Source of the DNA: Candidatus Rokuibacteriota bacterium
Lineage (GTDB): Bacteria; Methylomirabilota; Methylomirabilia; Rokubacteriales; CSP1-6
NCBI GenBank assembly: GCA_016188005.1
Contig: JACPIQ010000095.1
Coordinates: 13,066 to 77,065 of the forward strand
Direction of reading: 5' to 3'
DNA length: 64,000 bases
In this document: one piece after another, positions 56,145-64,000 of the stretch
How positions within the stretch are numbered: position 1 is the first letter of the stretch
How the letters are laid out: each line of letters starts with the position of its first letter
Made by a program: the position numbers and the translations under genes
Notes under the pieces: generated by a model
What the model was told of the DNA's origin: nothing
The model's database searches: none
The model's input: only the letters and a program-made list of their open reading frames with translations

Positions 56145-59143
56145 GCTGCAGGATCGGGAGCAAGGGTGCGGCGGCCGCCGCGCTGGCACTCGTCGCGGCG
56201 CTGGCCTCGGGCGCGCGCGCGGCCGATCCGCCGCTGCTCCCGGCCCCCGAGCTCGGGGTCCTCCTCCGGCCGGTGTCACCGGCGCTGGAGAAACCGTCCG
56301 TGCCCCCGCCCGCGCTGCCGCTGCCCGAGGGGCCCCGCCCCTTCCCCCAGCTGCCGCCGCCGCGGATCGCCTCCGATCCAGCGCTCAGGCCCACGGCCCC
56401 CCTCGCCTCGCCCCGCCTGCTCGCGTGCAACCCCCTCGGCAGCGTCTTCGGCGTGGCCTCGGAGCTGGTCGAGTGCGGCAAGGCCCGCTACCAGAAGGGC
56501 GAGCTCGAGCAGGCCCAGGTGGAGCTGTCGATCGCGGTCCAGAAGGGGACCGACCGGTCAACGCTGCGCGAGGCGCGCTACTGGCTGGCCGAGACCCGCC
56601 TCCGGCTGAAGCGCGGGGAGGCCGTCGAGGTCTACCTCTCCCTTGTCGCCCAGGACGACCCTCGGGATGTGCTGGGTCTGTTCGCGACCCACTCGCTCGC
56701 GTGGGTGATGCTCGAGCGCGGCGAGGCCTCCCGCGCCCTCCCCACCTTCGAGGGCCTCCTCAGGGGCAGCGTGCCGCCCGAGATCATCCCCTGGGCGCGG
56801 CACGGCCACGCGCTGGCGCTCTACGCGCTCGGGCGCCACACCGAGGCGCGGGACGAGTGGATGACTCTCCTCAACCGGAGCGTGCCCGCGCCGCTCGCCG
56901 CCGAGGGCGCCTTCTGGCTCGGCGAGACCCTCGGCCGGCTGGGCGACGCGCGCGGTGCCGCGGCCCGGCTCCAGGTCTTCACCGCGGCGGGGCCGCAGCT
57001 CCTGATCGAGACGGGCCTCCTGCGGCTGGGCTGGTGGCGCCGCGCCGCCGGCCAGCCCCTCGAGGCCGTGAAGATCTACCGCGGCCTCCTCACCGCCTAC
57101 CCGCAGATGACGGAGCGGCTCTGGGCGCGCGCCGGGCTCGTGCAGGCCCTCCTCGACCTCGACGACGGGGCCGGCGCCGCCGCCGAGGCGAGCCAGCTCG
57201 ACGCTGCCGACCGGAAGGGGACGCTGGCCCTGCCGGCTGCGCTCCTCGTCGGCCGCTGGGCCGCCGAGCGGCAGCGGCCGGACGAGGCGCAGGCCGTTCT
57301 GCAGGAGCTCCTCGGTCGGAGCCTCGAGCCCGACGTCCGCGCCTACGTGCTGGTGCTCAGCGGGGAGGTCGCGCGCCGCGCGGGGCAACTCGCCGAGGCG
57401 CGCGAGCGCTTCGAAGCCGCGCGCCAGGTCGCGGCGCCGCCAGCCCTCTCCGCCCACGCGGGACTGAGACTCGCCCAGATGGATCTCGACGGGCGAGAGT
57501 TTGGCCGGGCCGCGACCCAGGCCCAGGCGCTCCTGAAGGAGCCGCTCCCGCCGGCGCTACGCGCCGGTGCCCTCATCGTGGAGGGGGAGTCGGCGTACTG
57601 GCTCCGGCAGTACGAGCGCGCGGCGGAGACCTACGCCCGCCTCCTCGCGGACTTCTCCGGCGAGCCGCTCGCTTCCCCCGCCCTCCTGGCGCTTGGCTGG
57701 GCCGAGTATCGCCGCGGCCGGTTCGAAGCAGCCCGCGAGAGCTGGACGCGCTTCGCGGGGCAGGCGGGAGCCGCTGACGCGCGGGCGCCGGGGGCGCTCC
57801 TCCTGGCGGCCGAGCTCAGAGCCCAGGCGGGAGACGAGTCGGGCGCGCTCCAGATGCTCGACGGGCTCCTCGCGCGCTTCCCGGAGAGCGAGCACGCGGC
57901 CGCCGCCGCGCTCAATCGCGCGATCCTCACGGTGCGCGCCGGGCGCGCGCCGGACGGGCTTCGCGAGCTGAGCGAGCTCCTGGACCGCACCCCCCACTCC
58001 CCGTATCGAGGGCGCATGCGTCTGGCGCGCGGGACGGCACTGGTCGCGGCGGGGCGCCCCTCGGAGGCGGCGGCCGACTTCCGGGCAGCGCTCGCCGAGG
58101 GCGAGGATGTCGCACGGCTCGGGCTCGGCGTGGTCGCTCTGGAGCGCAAGCAGTGGGGCGAGGCCGCGCGCGAGCTGGCGGCCGCGCGGGATGTCGGGTC
58201 GGGCTCCGTCGCGGCCACCGCTGAGTATGGCCTGGCCGCCGTGGCCTTCGGTGAGGGCAAGAAGGCCGAGTTCGAGCGGCTCGCCGCCCCGCTGCTCGCC
58301 GGGCCCCCGTCACCGGCCACGACGCCCCACCTGCTCCATGCGCTGGCCTTCCTCGCCGGCGAGGAGAAGAAGTGGGTAGAGGCCCGGACGCTCGCGGGGA
58401 GGCTTGCGAGGGAGTTCCCCGCTCACCCGGCAACGTCGGCGGCCCTGGCCGGGCTCGCCGAGGCCGCGGCCCGCGACGGCCAGTGGCCGGTGGCGCGCGA
58501 GGCCTACCAGATGCTGGCCGCCCGCGATCCGTCGCACCTGGCTCACCAGGCGGGGCGGCTGGACTTCGCCGAGGCGCTGCTTCGCACGGGCGCGGCGCAC
58601 GAGGCCCGGCGCCGGCTCGAGGGATTCGTCACGCTTCATGCGGGCGATCCGCGCATGGCGCGCGCGCTGCTGCTCCTCGCCCAGGCCCAGGAGGCTGTGG
58701 GCGATCGCGCCGCTGCCGTGGCGACCTACGGCCGGCTTCGCCAGGAGCATCCCTCCGCCCCGGGCGCCGAGCAGGTGACGCTGTCTCACGGACGGTTGCT
58801 GCAGGCCGAGGGCCGATGGGACGAGGCCCGCCCGCTCCTGCTCAAGGGGCTCGACGCCCCGGATCCAGCCGGGGCGGCCGAGGCCGGCTTCAGGCTCGGG
58901 GAGGGATATCGCGCGGCCAGCCAGCACCAGGACGCCGTCGAGGCGTTCATGACGGCCGCCTACCTCGCGCCCGACTCACCCTGGGCGCGACGCGCCCTCG
59001 CGGGGGCGGGCCAGTCCTTCGCCGCCCTCAAGCAGCGGGAGTCGGCCGCCATCGTCTACCGGAAGCTCCAGAGCGCCAGCGGCGTGGAGCCGGAGCTGGC
59101 GGAGGCTGCGCGCAGGGGACTGAAGGCGCTCGGCGTCAACTGA
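56141..59143 (+). CDS. Large exported TPR-repeat protein (1000 aa)
   Basis: ATG 56141 overlaps the previous stop. Signal peptide, Pro-rich linker, continuous TPR-like helical repeats. Confidence 0.8.
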   Translation: MSCRIGSKGAAAAALALVAALASGARAADPPLLPAPELGVLLRPVSPALEKPSVPPPALPLPEGPRPFPQLPPPRIASDPALRPTAPLASPRLLACNPLGSVFGVASELVECGKARYQKGELEQAQVELSIAVQKGTDRSTLREARYWLAETRLRLKRGEAVEVYLSLVAQDDPRDVLGLFATHSLAWVMLERGEASRALPTFEGLLRGSVPPEIIPWARHGHALALYALGRHTEARDEWMTLLNRSVPAPLAAEGAFWLGETLGRLGDARGAAARLQVFTAAGPQLLIETGLLRLGWWRRAAGQPLEAVKIYRGLLTAYPQMTERLWARAGLVQALLDLDDGAGAAAEASQLDAADRKGTLALPAALLVGRWAAERQRPDEAQAVLQELLGRSLEPDVRAYVLVLSGEVARRAGQLAEARERFEAARQVAAPPALSAHAGLRLAQMDLDGREFGRAATQAQALLKEPLPPALRAGALIVEGESAYWLRQYERAAETYARLLADFSGEPLASPALLALGWAEYRRGRFEAARESWTRFAGQAGAADARAPGALLLAAELRAQAGDESGALQMLDGLLARFPESEHAAAAALNRAILTVRAGRAPDGLRELSELLDRTPHSPYRGRMRLARGTALVAAGRPSEAAADFRAALAEGEDVARLGLGVVALERKQWGEAARELAAARDVGSGSVAATAEYGLAAVAFGEGKKAEFERLAAPLLAGPPSPATTPHLLHALAFLAGEEKKWVEARTLAGRLAREFPAHPATSAALAGLAEAAARDGQWPVAREAYQMLAARDPSHLAHQAGRLDFAEALLRTGAAHEARRRLEGFVTLHAGDPRMARALLLLAQAQEAVGDRAAAVATYGRLRQEHPSAPGAEQVTLSHGRLLQAEGRWDEARPLLLKGLDAPDPAGAAEAGFRLGEGYRAASQHQDAVEAFMTAAYLAPDSPWARRALAGAGQSFAALKQRESAAIVYRKLQSASGVEPELAEAARRGLKALGVN

Positions 59144-59154
59144 GCGCGAGGCTC

Positions 59155-59685
59155 TCAGGCGAGCGCGGCGAGAACATCCTCGATCGAGGGGTGGTCGCCG
59201 GGGAAGCGGTCGCGCCACTCGAAGCGCACCGTCGCCCCGGGCCCCAGCACGAAGGTGCCGCCCTGCTGCAGGATGTGCCCGCGGGCAGGCCCCTGCCTGA
59301 AGCCGGACAGCAGCGCGGCGAGAAGGCGCGGCACGGCGCGGGGATCGAAGGTCCTGGCCTTGCCGTAGGCGAGGCCTGCCGTCTTGAAGGTGAGGAGCGA
59401 GGGGTCCACCAGGAGCGGCCCCGCGTAGCCCGTCGCCGCGCGGAAGCCCAGGATCGCCTCGGGCGGGGCGCTACCCACCACCACGAGCCCGCCGCCCAGC
59501 GAGTCGATCAGCGGCAGCGCCGTCTTGAGGCCAGCCAGCTGCTGGCGGCAGAAGAGTCAGCCGAAGTGGCGGACGAAGCCGAGGACGGCCGGGCGGTCCT
59601 TCCAGAACGTTCCCAGGGCCACGGGGGCGCGCTTCTCGTCGAGCGTGGTCAGCGTCGCCAGGCGGGTTGCCACGGTGTCGCTCAT
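59155..59685 (-). CDS. AhpC/TSA-like (PRXL2/SelU-like) selenoprotein, UGA at 59557-59559 read as Sec (176 aa)
   Basis: VLGFVRHFG-UGA-LFCRQQ places UGA at the first Cys of the family RHxxCxxC motif. The frame continues to QQGGTFVLGPG..DHP. Hairpin downstream of the UGA. Confidence 0.85.
59530..59546 (-). promoter_or_regulatory. Putative bacterial SECIS hairpin
   Basis: GCCAGC-AGCUG-GCUGGC at +11 to +27 after the UGA, with G in the second loop position. Confidence 0.55.
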
Positions 59686-59751
59686 GGCCTCGATCCTATC
59701 TGATATCATGGGCCGCCGACAGACGGACGGCGCGGCGCGTCCCCGGACGAG

Positions 59752-61575
59752 GTGACGATGCGAGGGTACGGCGGGCGGATCCTCTTCGTGGACGCGACGA
59801 GCGGCCGGAGCCGGGTGGAGGCCGTTTCCGAGGAGATGGCGCGGAGCCTCGTGGGGGGGAACGGCTTCGCCGCACGCCTCCTCCTCGACGGCGTGCCGCC
59901 CGGCGTGGATGCCTACGACCCTGCCAACGCGGTGGTCTTCGCGGTGGGGCCCGTGACGGACACGAGCGTGCCCGGCAACAGCCGGGCCTGCGTCGCCTCC
60001 AAGTCCCCGCTCACCGGCCTCTTCTTCGACTCCACCTTCGGCGGCCGCTTCCCCGCCACCATGAAGCGCACGGGCTTCGACGCTGTCGTCATCACTGGCC
60101 GCGCGGGCGAGCCCGTGTACGTGCGCGTCACCGAGCAGGGCGCCGAGCTGCGGCCAGCGCGCGAGCTCTGGGGGAAGACGACGCGCGAGGCCGTCGCCGC
60201 CATCCAGGCCGCGGAGGGCGGTCAGGCCGACGCCATCGCCATCGGCCCGGCGGGCGAGCGGCTCGTGCGCTTCGCCAGCATGGCGACCTACTGGAAGAAC
60301 CGCGAGGGAGTGGCCGGCCGCGGCGGCATCGCGGCCGTGCTGGGGTCGAAGCACGTCAAGGCGGTGAGCGTGGCGGGCACACGGAAGACGGAGGTCGCCG
60401 ATCCGGCCGGGCTCAAGACGCTCCTCGACGAGCGCCGCGAGCCCCTGGCGACGGGCACCAAGGCGCTGTCCACCTACGGGACGTCCTTCCTCGTGAGGCC
60501 CATCAACGCGCTGGGCGCGCTGGGCGCCTATAACCTCCGCCAGGAGACCTTTGCCGAGGCCGCGGCCATCTCCGGCGAGGAGATGCACGCCCGCTACCAC
60601 GCCCGGGACACCACGTGTCTCAAGTGCTCCGTGGCCTGCGGCAAGCAGTACGAGATCCGCGACGGCGAGCTGCTGGGGATCCGGGCCAAGATGCCCGAGT
60701 ACGAGACCATCTTCGCCCTCGGCTCCATGCTCGGCAATGCGCATCCTGGCTCGCTCGCCCGCGCCAATGACCTCTGTGACCTCCTGGGCCTGGACACGAT
60801 CAGCATGGGCGTGACCCTCGCCTTCGCCGCGGAGGCGCTCGAGCGTGGCTGGCTCACTGCGGCCGAGGTGGGCCTGCCCTTCGGCTGGGGCGACTGGCGC
60901 GGCATGCTGCGTCTGGTGGAGATGACGGCGGTGCGCGAAGGGTTCGGCGACCGGCTGGCCGAGGGCGCCTGGCGACTGGCCGAGAGCGTGCACCCGGAGG
61001 CCACGAAGAGCGTGTACGCGGTCAAGCGCCTCGAGCTGCCGGCCCATTCGGCGCGCGCGCTCAAGGGCATGTCCATCGGGTACGCGACGGCCACCCGCGG
61101 CGGCAGCCACCACGACACGCGCCCCACGCCCCAGTACGCCCAGGGCTTCGATCGCCGCTCCCCCGACGGCAAGTCTGAGTTCGCCGCGCGCAGCCAGCAC
61201 GCCACGGCGCTCGGCGACTCGCTCGTCCTCTGCCGCTTCACCGCCGAGCGCGGCTTCGGCCTCTACGTGGAGGAGCCTTACGCGCGGATGCTGCGCGCCA
61301 TCACGGGCTGGGACGCGGGCGTGGAGGAGCTCGAACGCGTCGGCGAGCGCGTCATCAACCTCGAGCGGCTCTTCAACGTGCGCGAGGGCGTGGGCCGCGC
61401 GGCCGATGTCCTGCCCTGGCGCGTGATGCACGAGCCCATCCCCGATGGCCCCTCGGCCGGCATGCGCTGTCCCCCGGAGGAGCTGTCGGCGATGCTCGAC
61501 CGCTACTACGCCTTCCGCGGCTGGGACGCGGACGGTGTCCCGACGCCGGGGCGCCTCACCGCTCTCGGGCTATAA
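59752..61575 (+). CDS. Aldehyde:ferredoxin oxidoreductase family protein (W/Mo-pterin, 4Fe-4S)
   Basis: SKSPLTG, AIGPAGERLVRFA, AGRGGIAAVLGSK, CLKCSVAC, PEYETI, GLDTISMG, TRGGSH. Confidence 0.93.
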   Translation: MTMRGYGGRILFVDATSGRSRVEAVSEEMARSLVGGNGFAARLLLDGVPPGVDAYDPANAVVFAVGPVTDTSVPGNSRACVASKSPLTGLFFDSTFGGRFPATMKRTGFDAVVITGRAGEPVYVRVTEQGAELRPARELWGKTTREAVAAIQAAEGGQADAIAIGPAGERLVRFASMATYWKNREGVAGRGGIAAVLGSKHVKAVSVAGTRKTEVADPAGLKTLLDERREPLATGTKALSTYGTSFLVRPINALGALGAYNLRQETFAEAAAISGEEMHARYHARDTTCLKCSVACGKQYEIRDGELLGIRAKMPEYETIFALGSMLGNAHPGSLARANDLCDLLGLDTISMGVTLAFAAEALERGWLTAAEVGLPFGWGDWRGMLRLVEMTAVREGFGDRLAEGAWRLAESVHPEATKSVYAVKRLELPAHSARALKGMSIGYATATRGGSHHDTRPTPQYAQGFDRRSPDGKSEFAARSQHATALGDSLVLCRFTAERGFGLYVEEPYARMLRAITGWDAGVEELERVGERVINLERLFNVREGVGRAADVLPWRVMHEPIPDGPSAGMRCPPEELSAMLDRYYAFRGWDADGVPTPGRLTALGL

Positions 61576-61582
61576 TCGTCGC

Positions 61583-61658
61583 AGGCGGGTAGCTCAGCTG
61601 GGAGAGCACGGCCCTTACAAGGCCGGGGTCGCGAGTTCGAGCCTCGCCCCGCCTACCA
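61583..61658 (+). tRNA. tRNA-Val(TAC)
   Basis: Acceptor stem AGGCGGG/CCCGCCT, D-arm AGCTCAGCTGGGAGAGC, anticodon arm CGGCC-CTTACAA-GGCCG, GTTCGAG T-loop, encoded CCA. TATAAT at 61571. Confidence 0.97.
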
Positions 61659-61827
61659 CCTCCATCCGGCCCCCGGTCCGGAGCCTGCGGTCGTGCCCGC
61701 GCGCCCGGGTCCGGGGCTGACGGCGATGACGGCGGCGCCCGGCCGAACGGGATTTCCCTCGGCACCGAGAGGTGCTACCCTGGCGGCATCAGCTGACCGG
61801 CTTGGCGCGGATCGGAAAAGGAGCCCT

Positions 61828-63183
61828 GTGCGTCCACTGGCCTGGTGCTACCGGATGTTGCCCCCCCTGCTCCTCCTGACCCTGGTCCCGGCGCCGCACG
61901 CCGTGGCCGCCCAGACGGCGCGTGAGCTGGCCCGGTCCGTCTTCCCCTCCGTGGTGTCCCTGGTCATGAGCAGCGGCCTGCAAAGCAGCCGATCCGGGGG
62001 CTACCTGATCGTGCGCGAGCCGAGAAGCCTCGGCAGCGGCTTCTTCGTGCGCGAGCCGAGAAGCCTCGGCAGCGGCTTCTTCGTGCGCGAGGACGTGGTG
62101 GCCACCAATGCCCACGTCATCCAGGGCGCCGTCAGCGGCTACGTGAAGTTCATCGGCCAGGAGACGAAGCACGAGATCGTCGGTGTGGTGGGCATCGACA
62201 TCCAGCACGACCTGGCCCTCGTGAAGATCTCCCACATGAAAGCCCGACCCCTCCCGCTGGGTGATCCGGCCCAGGTGGCCGTGGGCGAGCAGATCTACGC
62301 CGTGGGGACTCCCCAGGGGCTCGAGGGGACCTTCTCGCCCGGCCTCGTGAGCGGAATCCGCACGGCGGAGACGGGCACGCTCTACCAGATCAGCGCTCCC
62401 ATCTCGCCGGGTAGCAGCGGCGGTCCCGTCCTCACCCAGGACGGCAAGGTCATCGGCGTGGCCATGGGCGCCCTCAGCGCGGGCCAGAACCTCAACTTCG
62501 CTGTTCCTGTCACCTACCTGTTCTCGCTGCTGGCGCAGCCCCCGCGACTGATCTCGCTCGACAAGGTCCCCAGCGAAAGGCCGGCGTCCCCCCCGAGCCC
62601 CTCGCAGCCGGCCGCCGCCGAGGCTGCCCCGCAAGGGCCTGCCATCGAGACGGTCTTCACGCCGCGGGACCGGGCGGCCGAGGCGCGGGCCGAGTTCGAG
62701 CGCCAGTTCCAGGCCGTCGTCAAGCAGGCCCGCCTGCTCGCCGGTCTCCTCGACCCTGGCACGAGCCGCGAGCAGTGGCGCCCCCCGTTCCAGGATTTCG
62801 AGCGCCGCTACCACCATTTCAGAGCGCGCTACCAAGTCCACCTGGCGGCCACGGCCCGGGAGCGGGAGATCCTGACAAAGCTGCTCAAGGCCTCCGACCT
62901 GCTCCTCGCGGCGGAGGAAACCTGGGCCAAGGAGATCGCCGCCACCACCGAGCTCGAGAACAGCCGGCGCGCCCGCGAGGCGGCCCAGGCACATCACGCC
63001 CGGCGACAGTCGGCCGTCACCCAGGTGGAGCTGGACATCGCCGAGGAGAATCTGTCCAGGGCCAGGCGCAGCCAGGAGCACGCGGCGACGGAGCGGAAGA
63101 AGCAGTGGGCGGTCGCGGCGCCGGCGCTCAAGGCCGTTGAGCCGCTCACCCCGTCGAACGAGCCCGCCGCGCCCTCTCGCTGA
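61828..63183 (+). CDS. Trypsin-like (S1) serine protease with a helical C-terminal extension
   Basis: Catalytic triad motifs ATNAHV, HDLAL, SPGSSGGP. AAAGGAG SD before GTG 61828. Signal-like N-terminus. Confidence 0.88.
   Translation: MRPLAWCYRMLPPLLLLTLVPAPHAVAAQTARELARSVFPSVVSLVMSSGLQSSRSGGYLIVREPRSLGSGFFVREPRSLGSGFFVREDVVATNAHVIQGAVSGYVKFIGQETKHEIVGVVGIDIQHDLALVKISHMKARPLPLGDPAQVAVGEQIYAVGTPQGLEGTFSPGLVSGIRTAETGTLYQISAPISPGSSGGPVLTQDGKVIGVAMGALSAGQNLNFAVPVTYLFSLLAQPPRLISLDKVPSERPASPPSPSQPAAAEAAPQGPAIETVFTPRDRAAEARAEFERQFQAVVKQARLLAGLLDPGTSREQWRPPFQDFERRYHHFRARYQVHLAATAREREILTKLLKASDLLLAAEETWAKEIAATTELENSRRAREAAQAHHARRQSAVTQVELDIAEENLSRARRSQEHAATERKKQWAVAAPALKAVEPLTPSNEPAAPSR
62009..62091 (+). 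repeat. In-frame 36-nt tandem duplication within the protease gene
   Basis: TCGTGCGCGAGCCGAGAAGCCTCGGCAGCGGCTTCT twice, plus TCGTGCGCGAG, giving VREPRSLGSGFF x2. Confidence 0.95.
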
Positions 63184-63191
63184 ACCTGCGG

Positions 63192-63240
63192 GGGGTCAGG
63201 TCTTGCATTCCGACAATGCGTGATTGCAAGACCTGACCCC
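63192..63240. repeat. REP/MITE-like inverted repeat, copy 2
   Basis: GGGGTCAGGTCTTGCA-17 nt-TGCAAGACCTGACCCC, arms identical to copy 1. Confidence 0.9.
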
Positions 63241-63294
63241 GAACCGGTGGTGCTCCGGGAGATCGCGGAGCGGAGGGCTTGCTGGCCAGATGCG

Positions 63295-64000
63295 TCAGCG
63301 GGCGGGGCCGCCATCGCCGACGACGAAGAACGCCGCCCACGCGAAGGGGTGGGCGAAGTAGGCCGTGGTTCCTCCCGCGCGCGCGACCAGCGCCAGCATG
63401 CCCTGCCGCAGGGCCTCAGCGCGCGGGAGCGAGGGGGCGCTCGCGTAGCGGCGGAACACCTCGGTCATGAGGGCTGCCGTCGCGCGGTCCTCCACGCTCC
63501 AGTGGGAGACCAGCAGCGCCGGTGCCCCCGCGAAGAAGAACGCGCGAACGAGTGGAGCGCATGGGCGCCGTCCACATCGAAGGGGGTGAGGCGTCCCGCC
63601 GGGAGATCGGGGTTTGTGCTCTGGTCAAGACTCGACCGGACGCGGGCCACCAGCACGCTGAGGTCTCGTCTCCTGACGGCGATGTCCCGGTATGCCGGGG
63701 CCCGTTCCGGGCGGATCAGCCAGGCCAGGAGGCGGTCCTCCATGGTGTGAAAGCTCAGCAGCGCCTCCCCCGGGCGCAAGAGCCGAGCAGTCCCGTTGAG
63801 ATCGATCGGCTCCGGGGCCGCCAGCTCGGCATAGCGCGGGAAGGCAGCGAACAGGCGTCTGCTGGCTTCGGTGAGGGCACCCTCGGCCTCGGCCGCGGCC
63901 CGCCGGAGCGCCACCAGGCGCGCCCCGCTTCCGGGCGAGGGGGCTCGCGCCCGCTCGGCCGCGAGCTGCCTCCAGAGCGCCGCTCGCCGCTGGCGCAGCT
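63295..64000 (-). pseudogene. CHAT-domain protein gene, internally deleted and frameshifted (5' end outside window)
   Basis: Pre-CHAT segment (FPRYAELAAPEP..LLRPGEALLSF..FDVDGAHAL) joins out of frame at about 63552 to the CHAT C-terminus (VRAFFFAGAPALLVSHWSVED..AEALRQGM..AHPFAWAAFFVVGDG). Confidence 0.75.

Noticed and set aside
59557-61431. 624-aa minus-strand ORF
   Set aside because: It is antisense to the AOR gene. Only its last 42 codons are real, as the N-terminus of the selenoprotein.
61659-64000. Integrated prophage or ICE at tRNA-Val
   Set aside because: No integrase, att duplication or phage gene is visible in the window. It can only be called a variable region.

Overview
A very GC-rich (roughly 70%, by eye) bacterial chromosome segment. 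Gene content and order suggest Candidatus Rokubacteria/Methylomirabilota, which is an inference and was not tested. The housekeeping backbone is polA-coaE-rsmA, rnj-ftsK-lolA-yajQ, rimO-pgpA-cinA-thpR-recA-pilT-recX-alaS, a divergent polyamine cluster (pdaD-speB / speD-speE-maf), murG, ddl, rarA and tRNA-Val. Accessory or unusual elements: (1) a 434-aa LAGLIDADG intein in polA; (2) a cytochrome b-DHC / SHP / DHC haem cluster sharing mirror-image OmpR-type boxes with a PepSY-response regulator-kinase operon; (3) an 8.6-kb block of three PEP-CTERM surface proteins and two PrsT-like TPR proteins, each PEP-CTERM gene having a sigma54 promoter with a 17-bp box about 62 bp upstream; (4) an ECF sigma/anti-sigma pair whose promoter motif recurs before a DUF4139 gene; (5) a UGA-interrupted AhpC/TSA-like selenoprotein (U-x-x-C, with SECIS-like hairpin) missed by the ORF track and divergent from an aldehyde:ferredoxin oxidoreductase; (6) several small structured repeats; (7) a trypsin-like protease and an internally deleted CHAT protease gene downstream of tRNA-Val. 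Several genes appear leaderless and two appear to start at CTG. No CRISPR array, integrase or transposase is seen.
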